A stretch of DNA of 64,000 nucleotides from a virus. Positions 27,503 to 36,455 of the stretch are shown piece by piece. Location of the stretch: positions 1 through 64,000 of the IMG/VR virus record IMGVR_UViG_3300037132_000276; one strand, 5' to 3'. Both the position numbers and the translations under genes were made by a program. Under the pieces are notes generated by a model, which was given only the letters and a program-made list of their open reading frames with translations, ran no database searches and had not been told where the DNA came from. How positions within the stretch are numbered: the stretch's first letter is position 1; every line of letters begins with the position of its first letter.

Positions 27503-27647
27503 TTACTTTATGTGGGAACATATCTTTTATTATTTCTTTTTTAGCAATTCCTAATTCAGTTAACGTCAGATCTTCGTTGATATATCCATGCATCTTCAAC
27601 AACCCTAATTCGAAGAAATATTTTTCTTTATCAATTACTAATAACAT
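27471..27647 (-). CDS. 58-aa early protein paralogous to the C-terminal domain of the 57660-61433 toxin-like protein; candidate antitoxin
   Basis: MLLVIDKEKYFFELGLLKMHGYINEDLTLTELGIAKKEIIKDMFPHKVIEERNELRIS; below the 60-aa track cutoff; 20/33 aa identical to residues 1190-1222 of the large protein, with 12 of those 20 codons synonymously different. Confidence 0.85.
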   Translation of the reverse strand: MLLVIDKEKYFFELGLLKMHGYINEDLTLTELGIAKKEIIKDMFPHKVIEERNELRIS

Positions 27648-28092
27648 TTAAGCCTTCCAGTTTTTCACAATAATAATTCAGAGACTTTATTGCTGAGAAG
27701 TCATTCATTAAAAACATGAGCAGCACTAGATCGCCGACTCCAAGTTTTTTGCCGGTAATATCTTTTGCGTTCATCCAGCATTGAACTGCATTTTTGCTGC
27801 TTGCAAGTTTAGGGGCTAAATCTTTTTGTAGGACGTCACGATAAAGATCTCCAGATGTGTTGCGAATGTTCTTGATATAATTATCAAGTGCATCTTTTAA
27901 TATAGCACTGAATAACTCTAAGATCTCAAGAACTTGTTTCGGGTATCTATCGAGTTTTGCGACTGTGTATTGAGTAGTATAATTCGAAGCGTAACTCCCT
28001 TGAAGATGTTCAAAGACTACCGACTCTTTGTCGTAATCAATTTCAGTGGGAATTAATATGGGAAGAATGCAATATTTTTTTTCTGCGTTCAT
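27631..28092 (-). CDS. Regulatory protein, C-terminal half CII-like HTH
   Basis: QKDLAPKLASSKNAVQCWMN...KLGVGDLVLLM; position downstream of the immunity switch. Confidence 0.5.
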   Translation of the reverse strand: MNAEKKYCILPILIPTEIDYDKESVVFEHLQGSYASNYTTQYTVAKLDRYPKQVLEILELFSAILKDALDNYIKNIRNTSGDLYRDVLQKDLAPKLASSKNAVQCWMNAKDITGKKLGVGDLVLLMFLMNDFSAIKSLNYYCEKLEGLNVISN

Positions 28093-28135
28093 ACAACCTT
28101 CCTTTTTTTATTTGTGAATGTAGTGTTTTCGTGAA

Positions 28136-28345
28136 TTATTGATATTTACTTAAACATGTACCTCTAAGAAACTCATTTAGTATTTCTTGAACTTTTTCTC
28201 GGCGCTCTGTTCCTTTGCGCAATAAACCGCTTGCCATTATCATATCCATGTAAAAACGCCCAAAATATTCAAGATTATCTCCAATCAACTTTTTAAGTTC
28301 TTTTGGTCTTCTTGGTTCTTTTCGTTTTATCGGTTGCGATCTCAT
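28136..28345 (-). CDS. Small hypothetical early protein
   Basis: ORF in the early operon. Confidence 0.55.
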   Translation of the reverse strand: MRSQPIKRKEPRRPKELKKLIGDNLEYFGRFYMDMIMASGLLRKGTERREKVQEILNEFLRGTCLSKYQ

Positions 28346-28408
28346 TTCGAATGGATTCCCTTTTGTGAATTTTATTTGAATATTATTTTGCTTAGCAAAT
28401 TTTTCATG

Positions 28409-28603
28409 TTATGAATTAGTATCAGAAGTGAGAGAATTACGTTTAGCATATTCGGAAATACCCAAAGGGATTATCTCAGCATATACTTCGTTGATTTCTT
28501 TGTCAACATCGATGGCGATTTTTTTAATCAGCTTGTGATGTTCTCTTAGAATCTCGGCGCTTATTGTTTCTTTTTTCTCAATTTCTTTTTCGTTATTTTC
28601 CAT
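28409..28603 (-). CDS. Small early regulator (Cro-position; ribbon-helix-helix-like)
   Basis: TISAEILREHHKLIKKIA...INEVYAEII; near the start of the operon divergent from the repressor. Confidence 0.55.
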   Translation of the reverse strand: MENNEKEIEKKETISAEILREHHKLIKKIAIDVDKEINEVYAEIIPLGISEYAKRNSLTSDTNS

Positions 28604-28765
28604 AATATTATATTCTTATGCTGTTATAAAATTATTTTATGTTTTTAATTGCGATTGCTTTTGCTTGTATTGCTGGAATAAACTGTTTTCTAAGGAACCA
28701 GTAAACAAGTCTTTGATAAGTTTTCATTTTGTTATGTTCTCATGTTGTTGTAATAACCTAACACA

Positions 28766-28794
28766 ATTATAGTAGAATTATGCTATTTTGTCAA
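28766..28794 (-). promoter_or_regulatory. Early (lytic) sigma70-type promoter
   Basis: Minus strand TTGACA-aaatagcataattctac(17 nt)-TATAAT, a perfect consensus, divergent from the repressor gene. Confidence 0.9.
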
Positions 28795-28819
28795 GTAAAA
28801 AATAAAATAATTATTCTAT

Positions 28820-29299
28820 TTGAATAAAAAAGAAGAAATAGGGCACAAATTAAAGGAATTTGTAAAGAATAATTATCCTACTTTAAAAGATTTTGCCGAG
28901 AAAATGGGTAAAGGGAAAACTTTTTTTACGCGTTATTTCAATGGTACGAGTACTTTGGGAGGCGAACTTCTTTCAGAGCTTCGGGAAAAAAGTGATTATA
29001 AACTCGATCTTAATTGGTTATTGACTGGCAAGGGGGAACCTTTTTTGAATACAGATATTGGGGTGAAAGAAAAAATAGAACGTCCATATGATGTGGACAT
29101 AATCAGTCTTAGAAATGAAATACGTGATTTGAAAGCAAGCATGTATGATCTACAGGAAGAAAATAAGGAAATGAAATTATTGCTCACTGCGTTATTGAAA
29201 GATAATATCACTCTCGAAAATAAAAACTTGATATTAAGTGTGTTGTATAATAAAATTGATGATAAAGATGAAAATGCTTCTCTAGAAATATCTCGTTAA
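28820..29299 (+). CDS. CI-like repressor (XRE HTH)
   Basis: TLKDFAEKMGKGKTFFTRYFNG HTH, LDLNWLLTGKGEP motif; divergent from early operon. Confidence 0.85.
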   Translation: MNKKEEIGHKLKEFVKNNYPTLKDFAEKMGKGKTFFTRYFNGTSTLGGELLSELREKSDYKLDLNWLLTGKGEPFLNTDIGVKEKIERPYDVDIISLRNEIRDLKASMYDLQEENKEMKLLLTALLKDNITLENKNLILSVLYNKIDDKDENASLEISR

Positions 29300-29404
29300 T
29301 TTAAAAGATATAGATTAGATTTATCTTATTATAATTTTAACGTTGGCATTTCATTTTATTATTTTTGTAATTTGATGTATTAATTATAATTCGATGGGGA
29401 AGAA

Positions 29405-30787
29405 ATGAAAGCTAAAATATTCTTTTTCTTTTTATTCGTCTCATCTCTACTAATTGCGCAAGATATTGATTCTCTAGAGACGATACTATATAACTACAAA
29501 GACCTAAGAGATGTCGCTACCGAAAAAGTGAATGAGATACAATCCAAACATCCTCTTTATAGGATATTTGGGGATATCAAAGGTATTTATTATGATGGAG
29601 CAGTTATCCAGCTTATGGGCGTGGCTTTGCCGGTAGAAAATATTTTAGGTTCACCTGGCACAATGATTAATCGTGGAAATATTTTTATTACTTCTCCTAA
29701 AAAAGAGTATTATCTTCTTGCTGACGCTTATGAGGGGTACCATTATTATATTAGGACAGAAACGGCGGAAACGGTTCTCGGTGCGGCCACATTAGTAAAA
29801 TATTATGGGGACTTACCTAGAGAGGAAGGAGAAATATTAAAGGAAAAGCAAAACGAAATCAAGATATTAGATGAAAATATTAAAGTTATCGGAAAAGAGG
29901 TGGCAAAATTAAAAAGTGATATCTCTAAACTTAGGTCGAAACAACTTTACAAAGATGGCGAATATTATAAAAGTATTTCTGAACTCAATATAGTCATTAA
30001 ATATTCTCCCAATGATGAAGATATTTACGATATCCTTTATGACGATTACTTGGCCATAATTTTTCAAAGTAACAATATTGATGATTGTAAAAATACTATT
30101 TCACTTTTAGAAACGACTCTGTTTATTCCAAAATACACCCTTGCGCAATGCGCTCGACTTAGGAATGAATACTCGAATTTATGTATTAAAGTTGCTAAAG
30201 ATTATAACGAAAACAAACTTTATAATAATGCAGTTATGTATTGTGAGTTGGCGCTTAAATATGGCAATTATCTAGATGAGAATGACAAAAAAATCTATTC
30301 TTCTATCTATTACGATCAAGGGAACGACCAATTAAAACAAAATTTGATAGAGGATGCAAAAAAATCTTATAAGCAAGCGGTTCAGTTTGACATAACAGCA
30401 TCCCCGATGGTCTTCAGCCAGCTAAATTCACAGATGAAATCTGTTTTCTTATATACTACACTATCCACCATTTTACCGGGGATGGGTTTAATAGCTCAAG
30501 GAGAAAGCAACGGCTGGATCTATTTTGGCATATGTGTTACATCTGCAATGGTTGCAGTTGTTTATAATAAGGAGACAATGAATAATCCAGGAATTACTGT
30601 TGCCCAAGCTGAAAATAAAAAATCATCTATGGGAATAGTTGGTCTTTCCATAGGTGTTGGTTTAATAACTTATATCGTGGGGATTGTTAAAACGATCTCT
30701 AAAGTTAAAGAATATAACCAAAAGTATGATATTGGGTTTAATATCGACACAAAAAATATTAGCCTAGCGATGAAAATCAATTTTTAG
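29405..30787 (+). CDS. Secreted/membrane protein with TPR-like repeats (lysogen cargo)
   Basis: Signal peptide, coiled coil, TPR-like helices, PGMG motif plus TM helices, terminal Phe. Confidence 0.7.
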   Translation: MKAKIFFFFLFVSSLLIAQDIDSLETILYNYKDLRDVATEKVNEIQSKHPLYRIFGDIKGIYYDGAVIQLMGVALPVENILGSPGTMINRGNIFITSPKKEYYLLADAYEGYHYYIRTETAETVLGAATLVKYYGDLPREEGEILKEKQNEIKILDENIKVIGKEVAKLKSDISKLRSKQLYKDGEYYKSISELNIVIKYSPNDEDIYDILYDDYLAIIFQSNNIDDCKNTISLLETTLFIPKYTLAQCARLRNEYSNLCIKVAKDYNENKLYNNAVMYCELALKYGNYLDENDKKIYSSIYYDQGNDQLKQNLIEDAKKSYKQAVQFDITASPMVFSQLNSQMKSVFLYTTLSTILPGMGLIAQGESNGWIYFGICVTSAMVAVVYNKETMNNPGITVAQAENKKSSMGIVGLSIGVGLITYIVGIVKTISKVKEYNQKYDIGFNIDTKNISLAMKINF

Positions 30788-31036
30788 TTCATAATTTAAT
30801 TCTGCAGTGGATCTTTAAATAAGCATAAAAATAAGATTAGTGAAAGTTGCTGTGTTAAAAGATGTAGTTCTTTTTTCATCCCTTTGGACTATTGGACGCG
30901 GCAATCTTTATACATATGTTGATTAAGAATTATTATTGAGGAACTTTAAATAAGCATTAAGGGTTATCCGTCTTGGCAGCATATCATATATAAGCATTAA
31001 GATAGCAATTAATTCTAACAAATAAATAGAGGTTAT

Positions 31037-32032
31037 ATGTGCCCGACAAATTATACCGGATGGCGTATGCCATACGGCTATACCGCAAAGGATAAAAAAC
31101 CGTTTATCAACCCCAAAGAAGCGAAAGTAGTAAAACATATTTACGAACTTGCTCTTTCCGGAAGAAGTAAGCGCGACATTCTCTATGAGCTGAACAATAA
31201 AAAAGTTTTATCCCAAACTGGTAAAGAATGGAGTTCCGGCACCCTCGTCTATATTTTCAAAGAAGAGAAAATCATGTTTTATGCCGGGTATATAAATGGC
31301 GAAAAAGATACTCATGAACCCATTATCGATCTTCCAACTGCAAAAAAACTTATTTCCCAGTTGATTGTTAAAACACTCCGTCCACATAATAAAGAATATC
31401 TCTTAAGTAATTTAAACATTCTCCACTGTGGTTATTGCAAAGGTAAAGCCAAAACAGTTAGCCTTCCTATCGGAGTTGATCAGATGCGGGATTATTATCT
31501 TTGTACAACCAGGCAAATGTATGGCGCTCAGTCTGGAAAATGTAATGGCAGCAAAGTTGTCCCCCAAACAGAAGTGAATGAAACCGTATTAACAGATTTA
31601 ACGGTTCATGCCGGGAATATCAATCTTGAAAAATTCCTTGAATCATATACCGGCAAAATAAAGAAAGAGGTTGATACCAAGATAAAATCCATTAAAAGCG
31701 AAATAGATATTTTGATGGAAAAACAATTTAGTGCAACTTCAAAAACAGAGATAGCGGAAATAACAGAACAAATCAACTCGTTCTTACAGTCTCGACAGAA
31801 TATATTAGCTCCCTTTACTATGGTTGCAAATGTTAAAGATATACGAACTGCGAAGAAAATTAAATTCCTCCCTCTTCCGGAACAAAAAATTCTTATAAAA
31901 AAATTAATTTATCGAATAGATTTGTTCTCCGACAAAGTAATAGTTCACTATAATTTTGGCATTTCAGCAAACGGCGATAACAAAAATGAGTTGAGGATTG
32001 TTCGTGGCAAGCTGGTACGAAAGAAAAAATAG
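31037..32032 (+). CDS. Large-serine-recombinase-type DNA-binding protein (recombinase + Zn-ribbon + coiled coil) lacking the catalytic domain
   Basis: PYGY..., EAKVVKHIYE, LN, WS, HEPII, YLLS..LHCGYC, YYLC, C; begins at its own AGAGG RBS with no YxRxS resolvase domain. Confidence 0.82.
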   Translation: MCPTNYTGWRMPYGYTAKDKKPFINPKEAKVVKHIYELALSGRSKRDILYELNNKKVLSQTGKEWSSGTLVYIFKEEKIMFYAGYINGEKDTHEPIIDLPTAKKLISQLIVKTLRPHNKEYLLSNLNILHCGYCKGKAKTVSLPIGVDQMRDYYLCTTRQMYGAQSGKCNGSKVVPQTEVNETVLTDLTVHAGNINLEKFLESYTGKIKKEVDTKIKSIKSEIDILMEKQFSATSKTEIAEITEQINSFLQSRQNILAPFTMVANVKDIRTAKKIKFLPLPEQKILIKKLIYRIDLFSDKVIVHYNFGISANGDNKNELRIVRGKLVRKKK

Positions 32033-33122
32033 TCCTTTTATATGGTTGAAATGGTTTGACCCCCAACAAGGTGTTTATATCAGGGAATCAACAAATACAT
32101 ATTTCAGACCTTCAAAGATGGGATCGACTCCATGCTTGAAAGGGACAAAAGAAGGTATAAAAAAAGCAAATCAAATTTGTGAAGAAATTGAAAGTACTAT
32201 AAAGTATAATATTGCTGTATCACACTTTCCTGCTTTAAAAAGTAGTTTGTTGATTGGCGACGCTTTTATAATGTTCAAGAATATTAACCGGAATAAAAAT
32301 AAAAGCACTATTAAGAATTATGAACTTTTCTTCGAAGTTTTCAAAAAAACTTTTAACGAGAAAGATCCGGTAAATTCCATAAATAAACAGTTGGCAGACC
32401 TTTGGCTATCTTCAGTCCGGAGTATGAAAACCCGGGACGGGAAGATTTTTAGTCAGAACTATGTTTATGGATTTCAGAAGAACTTAAAAAAGTTTCTGGG
32501 ATTCCTGTTCGAAAACGAGTACCTAAAACCCTTCAAAATCAGTAAAGATGTTCAGGTAAATATTGAAGTTGGTAGAAAAATTATTTTCAGTGCGGGCCAC
32601 ATAAACAGGATCTTTGACAATCTCGATAAGACCAACGGCAATCTTAAAACCTGCATATATCTTCTCGCTTATACCGGATTACGGCCAACTGACATTCTTT
32701 CCATAAACGCTGAAGATATTGACCTGAAAAATAAAGCATACCAATATTACTCTCCTAAGCTCAAAAAACATATTACCGTTCCCATCCATCCAAAACTACT
32801 ACCAGCGCTTAAAGAACGTCTCTCAGCTATCGGAAAGGGTAGAATAATTGAATATAGCACGCATAATGCTTTAGCTCATGCTTTCAACAAATATCTACAG
32901 TTTTTGGAAATTGACGGTTTTGATTATACGCCCCGGACGTTCCGGAAATCGTTTGATACCTGGGCTTATGGGCTGGGGATGGATACAACAGCAAACAGTC
33001 GGTTGGTCGGCCATAGCATTACAACTGCAGAAAAACATTACCGGGAAGTGTATATGAACAGCCTTCGAAAGGAATTAAATAAGTTTGAACTACCCTCAAA
33101 AAAACAGCAAAAAAAGAAGTGA
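31998..33122 (+). CDS. int: Tyrosine integrase
   Basis: YTGLRPTD (R), PRTFRKS (HxxR variant), LVGHS, EKHY; adjacent to attP. Confidence 0.92.
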   Translation: MFVASWYERKNSPFIWLKWFDPQQGVYIRESTNTYFRPSKMGSTPCLKGTKEGIKKANQICEEIESTIKYNIAVSHFPALKSSLLIGDAFIMFKNINRNKNKSTIKNYELFFEVFKKTFNEKDPVNSINKQLADLWLSSVRSMKTRDGKIFSQNYVYGFQKNLKKFLGFLFENEYLKPFKISKDVQVNIEVGRKIIFSAGHINRIFDNLDKTNGNLKTCIYLLAYTGLRPTDILSINAEDIDLKNKAYQYYSPKLKKHITVPIHPKLLPALKERLSAIGKGRIIEYSTHNALAHAFNKYLQFLEIDGFDYTPRTFRKSFDTWAYGLGMDTTANSRLVGHSITTAEKHYREVYMNSLRKELNKFELPSKKQQKKK

Positions 33123-33126
33123 TTTT

Positions 33127-33379
33127 GGCACATTATGGGCACACTGGAAATTATCCCTTTTTCTCGTCTCCGTAAGTTGTTTATTTATAATGACTTAGTT
33201 GTGACCCCAACGGGATTCGAACCCATATTCCCGCCGTGAAAGGGCGAAAAATGGCATCTATCATATATAAGTATTTAGATGATAATAAGTGTTTTCAGTC
33301 TGATAATGCATTTTTTCACTCTTTAATATTAAAATAATTCGCATTTTCTAACTCTAATTTAGGCACATTTCGGGCACAC
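33127..33379. promoter_or_regulatory. attP region with integrase arm-type repeats
   Basis: GGCACATTATGGGCACAC (33127-33144) and GGCACATTTCGGGCACAC (33362-33379) flank the tRNA-derived core. Confidence 0.75.
33201..33246 (-). other. attP core: 3' half of tRNA-Glu(TTC), not a complete tRNA
   Basis: Minus strand CGCCCTTTCACGGCGGGAATATGGGTTCGAATCCCGTTGGGGTCAC has the anticodon arm, T-arm and 3' acceptor strand; no D-arm or 5' half. Confidence 0.9.
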
Positions 33380-33388
33380 AGATTTTTA

Positions 33389-34171
33389 TCATTTTATGAC
33401 ATCAAAAGCATAGCCATAATTAGCAAAAAACCATGAGTTTCCGATCCCGTGACCGAACTGCAAAAAATGTTTATTGTTAATCAACGCGCCTAAATTCCAA
33501 CCGATAAGATCGGTATTCGTCTGTAATAATCCAAGTCCCGGGATTAACTTTAACCGAAACTTAGTGATATCACTTTCAACTCTCACGAACTCATCCCTAT
33601 CAACAAATACCTGCAGATCTGAAACTGTTAAATATTTATTGATAAAATCAGGCGTAAATTTTTCATAACCGCTCCATTGCCCATCTGCATTCCTTGTAAG
33701 ATAGATGCTTTGTCCAAAAGGCATAAAATAGGTATGTCTCTTCATAATCGGTTTTGGATTAATCTGTACAGTATCCTTATTCTTATAGAATTCAGTCGAA
33801 TCCTTGAATTCTATTTTCGAACCATAAGGCAGGCATCCGGAGGAATCCTTTCCAACATTTATTATATGTCCTTGAGTTGATGAGATTATATCTTTTAAAT
33901 GAATATTGTCCTGGGTCAATGAAAGTATTTTCTCGTCTTTCTTTTTAAGAACTTTTTCGCTATCAATTAAATTGCTTTGGATGAAAGCATATTTTTGATA
34001 TAGCGTTTCATCTCCATCCTGGATTATCTTCATTGCAGTATCGTGTGCTAATTGATTCTGTTTATAGATCGCCTCCAACATCTTGTTGTTTCTTATGGTT
34101 AGGTACAGATAAACGCCTAAAGCAATAGCGATGCAGGAGATGACTACAATTATTTTGTATTCTTTACTCAT
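33389..34171 (-). CDS. Membrane-anchored coiled-coil protein, spanin-like
   Basis: N-terminal TM, coiled coil, beta-rich aromatic C-terminus; last gene of the late operon. Confidence 0.5.
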   Translation of the reverse strand: MSKEYKIIVVISCIAIALGVYLYLTIRNNKMLEAIYKQNQLAHDTAMKIIQDGDETLYQKYAFIQSNLIDSEKVLKKKDEKILSLTQDNIHLKDIISSTQGHIINVGKDSSGCLPYGSKIEFKDSTEFYKNKDTVQINPKPIMKRHTYFMPFGQSIYLTRNADGQWSGYEKFTPDFINKYLTVSDLQVFVDRDEFVRVESDITKFRLKLIPGLGLLQTNTDLIGWNLGALINNKHFLQFGHGIGNSWFFANYGYAFDVIK

Positions 34172-34188
34172 AGTAACACCAATCCTAA

Positions 34189-34656
34189 TTATTTTTCATC
34201 CGCTTCCGGTTCTTTCTCAATCGGAAGATTATTATGCCCTATAAATGGGAGCTCTGTATAATTGCATACGCCCCATCCAAGCCATAACAGCCATCCTAAA
34301 AATTTACCATATTTAGCCACATATCTATTGTATTGATCATTATGACCGCCCTCATGCTCGATTATGTCATTTGTTCCTCGGAATCCTTGAGCAAATTGAG
34401 CCGCTGTAACATCCCAACAAATTATATTTGTATTTTTACCATTATCTGTATAATATTCACGTTTGATAGCAGCACCTAATGGCCCCAAGAATTCCCCGGA
34501 TCCTATGATTGGATAATTGTCGCTAATATATACAGTCATTCCTTTATATGATTGTACCGTTACATTCTTCCCTGCTATATCTAATAATAGTTTAGATAGA
34601 TAAGGATAGAAGACGAGGATTAAGATTATTGCCAGTGCAATGATTGAATAGATCAT
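34189..34656 (-). CDS. Membrane-associated HExxH protein
   Basis: N-terminal TM, HEGGHNDQY, NLPIEKE. Confidence 0.6.
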   Translation of the reverse strand: MIYSIIALAIILILVFYPYLSKLLLDIAGKNVTVQSYKGMTVYISDNYPIIGSGEFLGPLGAAIKREYYTDNGKNTNIICWDVTAAQFAQGFRGTNDIIEHEGGHNDQYNRYVAKYGKFLGWLLWLGWGVCNYTELPFIGHNNLPIEKEPEADEK

Positions 34657-34699
34657 ATCATTTTTCTCCGCTAATGTTAAATACCCCTCACTATTCTAT

Positions 34700-35131
34700 T
34701 TATGTCGCCTGCACTAATCCTGCATCCACTTTTAACTGTGTGCCATAAGCGCGACAATTTTCAACAAAAGTATTATAATCTATGAACGCTTGTGGGGTCT
34801 GGGTCTTCGCAACATTATTAGCTAAGCGATTTAGTTTCAGCTCATCATCTACGCTATATTGCGCCCTGATCTTTGCAGTCACTATTTGATTTATGCTCTC
34901 ATAAAGCGGGCAAGTCAAGAGGATTGGTGAGATTGTTGCAAAATCAAGTTCTGCTACTTGACATTCGGAATGTTGGTTGGTGAGGAAGTTTGGATCCTGG
35001 GTGTCCACTCCCCAATATTGTAAACCATTTACTTCGGCATACATATATGAGATTTCGCCGCTTGTGACGATCCCGAGTGTGGTATCTTGCGGAGGCGCAA
35101 GAACTGTTTTTTTAACACTGAAATAACGCAT
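34700..35131 (-). CDS. Probable tail-fibre-associated/chaperone protein
   Basis: KIRAQYSVDDELKL...YNTFVENCR motif; follows the DGR. Confidence 0.55.
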   Translation of the reverse strand: MRYFSVKKTVLAPPQDTTLGIVTSGEISYMYAEVNGLQYWGVDTQDPNFLTNQHSECQVAELDFATISPILLTCPLYESINQIVTAKIRAQYSVDDELKLNRLANNVAKTQTPQAFIDYNTFVENCRAYGTQLKVDAGLVQAT

Positions 35132-36146
35132 TGTATATATCTCCTTTTTTGTTGTTAATAATCCATGTTTTTACAAAATTAATTTGATCGGGTACAACTT
35201 CTAAGATTTTATTTACTACATAGATCAATGAATTTGTCCGTTTAGAATGGCTTAAGAATGAGGCTATGCGCGAAATGTCCGGATCTTTTTTCAGTTTCCG
35301 CTTTATTCTAAATAGAGAACTTTTCCTGATTATTCTGATGTTAAACCAGGTCTTAAAACCTACAAAATCAATCCCGCTTCTCAAACTTCCTATTTTACTT
35401 TTCCTGTTTAGCTTGAGTTCAAGCTTTTCGATTTCCCTTTTTATTCGATTCCAACAGAAAAAAAGTTTACTCCGGCATCCATCGAGCAGAACAAAATCAT
35501 CCATATACCGAAAATAATCTTTAATCTTCAGCACTCTTTTAATGAAATTATCTATTGGGTTAAGCATCAGATTTGCAAGTATCTGACTGGTTACATTCCC
35601 CAACGCCAAACCAACGCCATGTTCTTTATCAAAAAATTTTGAGAACAGGTTTAGGGTTGGTTTACATTTTATTATTCTTTTTAATAGTCTTAATACATGT
35701 TTATGACTTATACTATAAAAATATTTCTTGATATCAAGTTTTAGATAATATCCCTGATTTTTATATTTAATCAGAGCACGTTTAAGGCCATCGCTGGCTT
35801 TGTGTGTGCCGTATCCTTCCCTGCATGCATAACTACACGAAAGGAATCGCTTCTCAATTATTTTTCTGGTTGCTATTAACAACGCATGCTGAACAATCCT
35901 ATCCTCCAAATGTGGGGCTTGAATTACTCGTTCTTTCGGTTCATGGACGGTAAACTGATATGCTGGTTTGGGATTATAATCACCGTTATCGAGTCTTATA
36001 AGTAAATCGCTTAAGTTAACTGCAAGATTATTCTCATATAGCAAGAAATTATCCTTATATGTTTTACGTTTTTTCACTTCATTAAACGCCTGGAGTAATG
36101 TTTCGTAATTACACCAAATCTTTTTCAAATTCCCATATCTTTTCAT
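35112..36146 (-). CDS. DGR reverse transcriptase
   Basis: DRIVQHAL, YACR.G.GTH, LKLDIKKYF, GLALGNVTSQ (SQ typical of DGR RTs), YFRYMDD, IDFVG; no maturase or endonuclease domain. Confidence 0.97.
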   Translation of the reverse strand: MKRYGNLKKIWCNYETLLQAFNEVKKRKTYKDNFLLYENNLAVNLSDLLIRLDNGDYNPKPAYQFTVHEPKERVIQAPHLEDRIVQHALLIATRKIIEKRFLSCSYACREGYGTHKASDGLKRALIKYKNQGYYLKLDIKKYFYSISHKHVLRLLKRIIKCKPTLNLFSKFFDKEHGVGLALGNVTSQILANLMLNPIDNFIKRVLKIKDYFRYMDDFVLLDGCRSKLFFCWNRIKREIEKLELKLNRKSKIGSLRSGIDFVGFKTWFNIRIIRKSSLFRIKRKLKKDPDISRIASFLSHSKRTNSLIYVVNKILEVVPDQINFVKTWIINNKKGDIYNALFQC

Positions 36147-36308
36147 TTTTAATTCCCGGATGATTAGAATTTCTAAATGTTCAATACTTTAATAATCATC
36201 CCGTTATATTTTCTCATATTTCTTTGAGAGGACAATGTTCCCTTTAACATTGTGAGTCAATCATTTTCCCCTTTGAGGAAAATGCTCTTAGACATAATTT
36301 GTTAGAGT

Positions 36309-36420
36309 CAGGAACGCGCCGAAATATTGTTGTTGCTGTTCGTCCGATTGTTGTTCAAATTGAGATACCAGACACCCGCATTCGTCGTGTTGTTCCAATT
36401 GCCGAAGCGTATCGGACACA
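36309..36420 (-). repeat. DGR template repeat (TR)
   Basis: 112 bp; matches VR except at 17 positions, all A in TR on the minus strand; 12 AAY codons in the VR frame. Confidence 0.97.
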
Positions 36421-36455
36421 TAGTCAAACATTGCCCTTTTGCCGCTTTTCGTATC

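Noticed and set aside
28632-28727. 31-aa ORF (MKTYQRLVYWFLRK...) directly after the early promoter
   Set aside because: Plausible leader peptide, but it has a weak RBS and no independent support, so it is not listed as a feature.
30788-31036. Frameshifted catalytic domain of the serine recombinase
   Set aside because: The gap is too short, no YxRxS motif or long open frame was seen, and the downstream ORF has its own RBS.
33201-33246. Functional tRNA-Glu gene
   Set aside because: Only the anticodon arm to 3' end is present, with no D-arm or 5' acceptor strand; it is the att core.
35112-36146. Group II intron, retron or Abi reverse transcriptase
   Set aside because: No maturase/endonuclease domain or VTG retron motif; avd, the TR/VR pair and the SQ motif identify a DGR.
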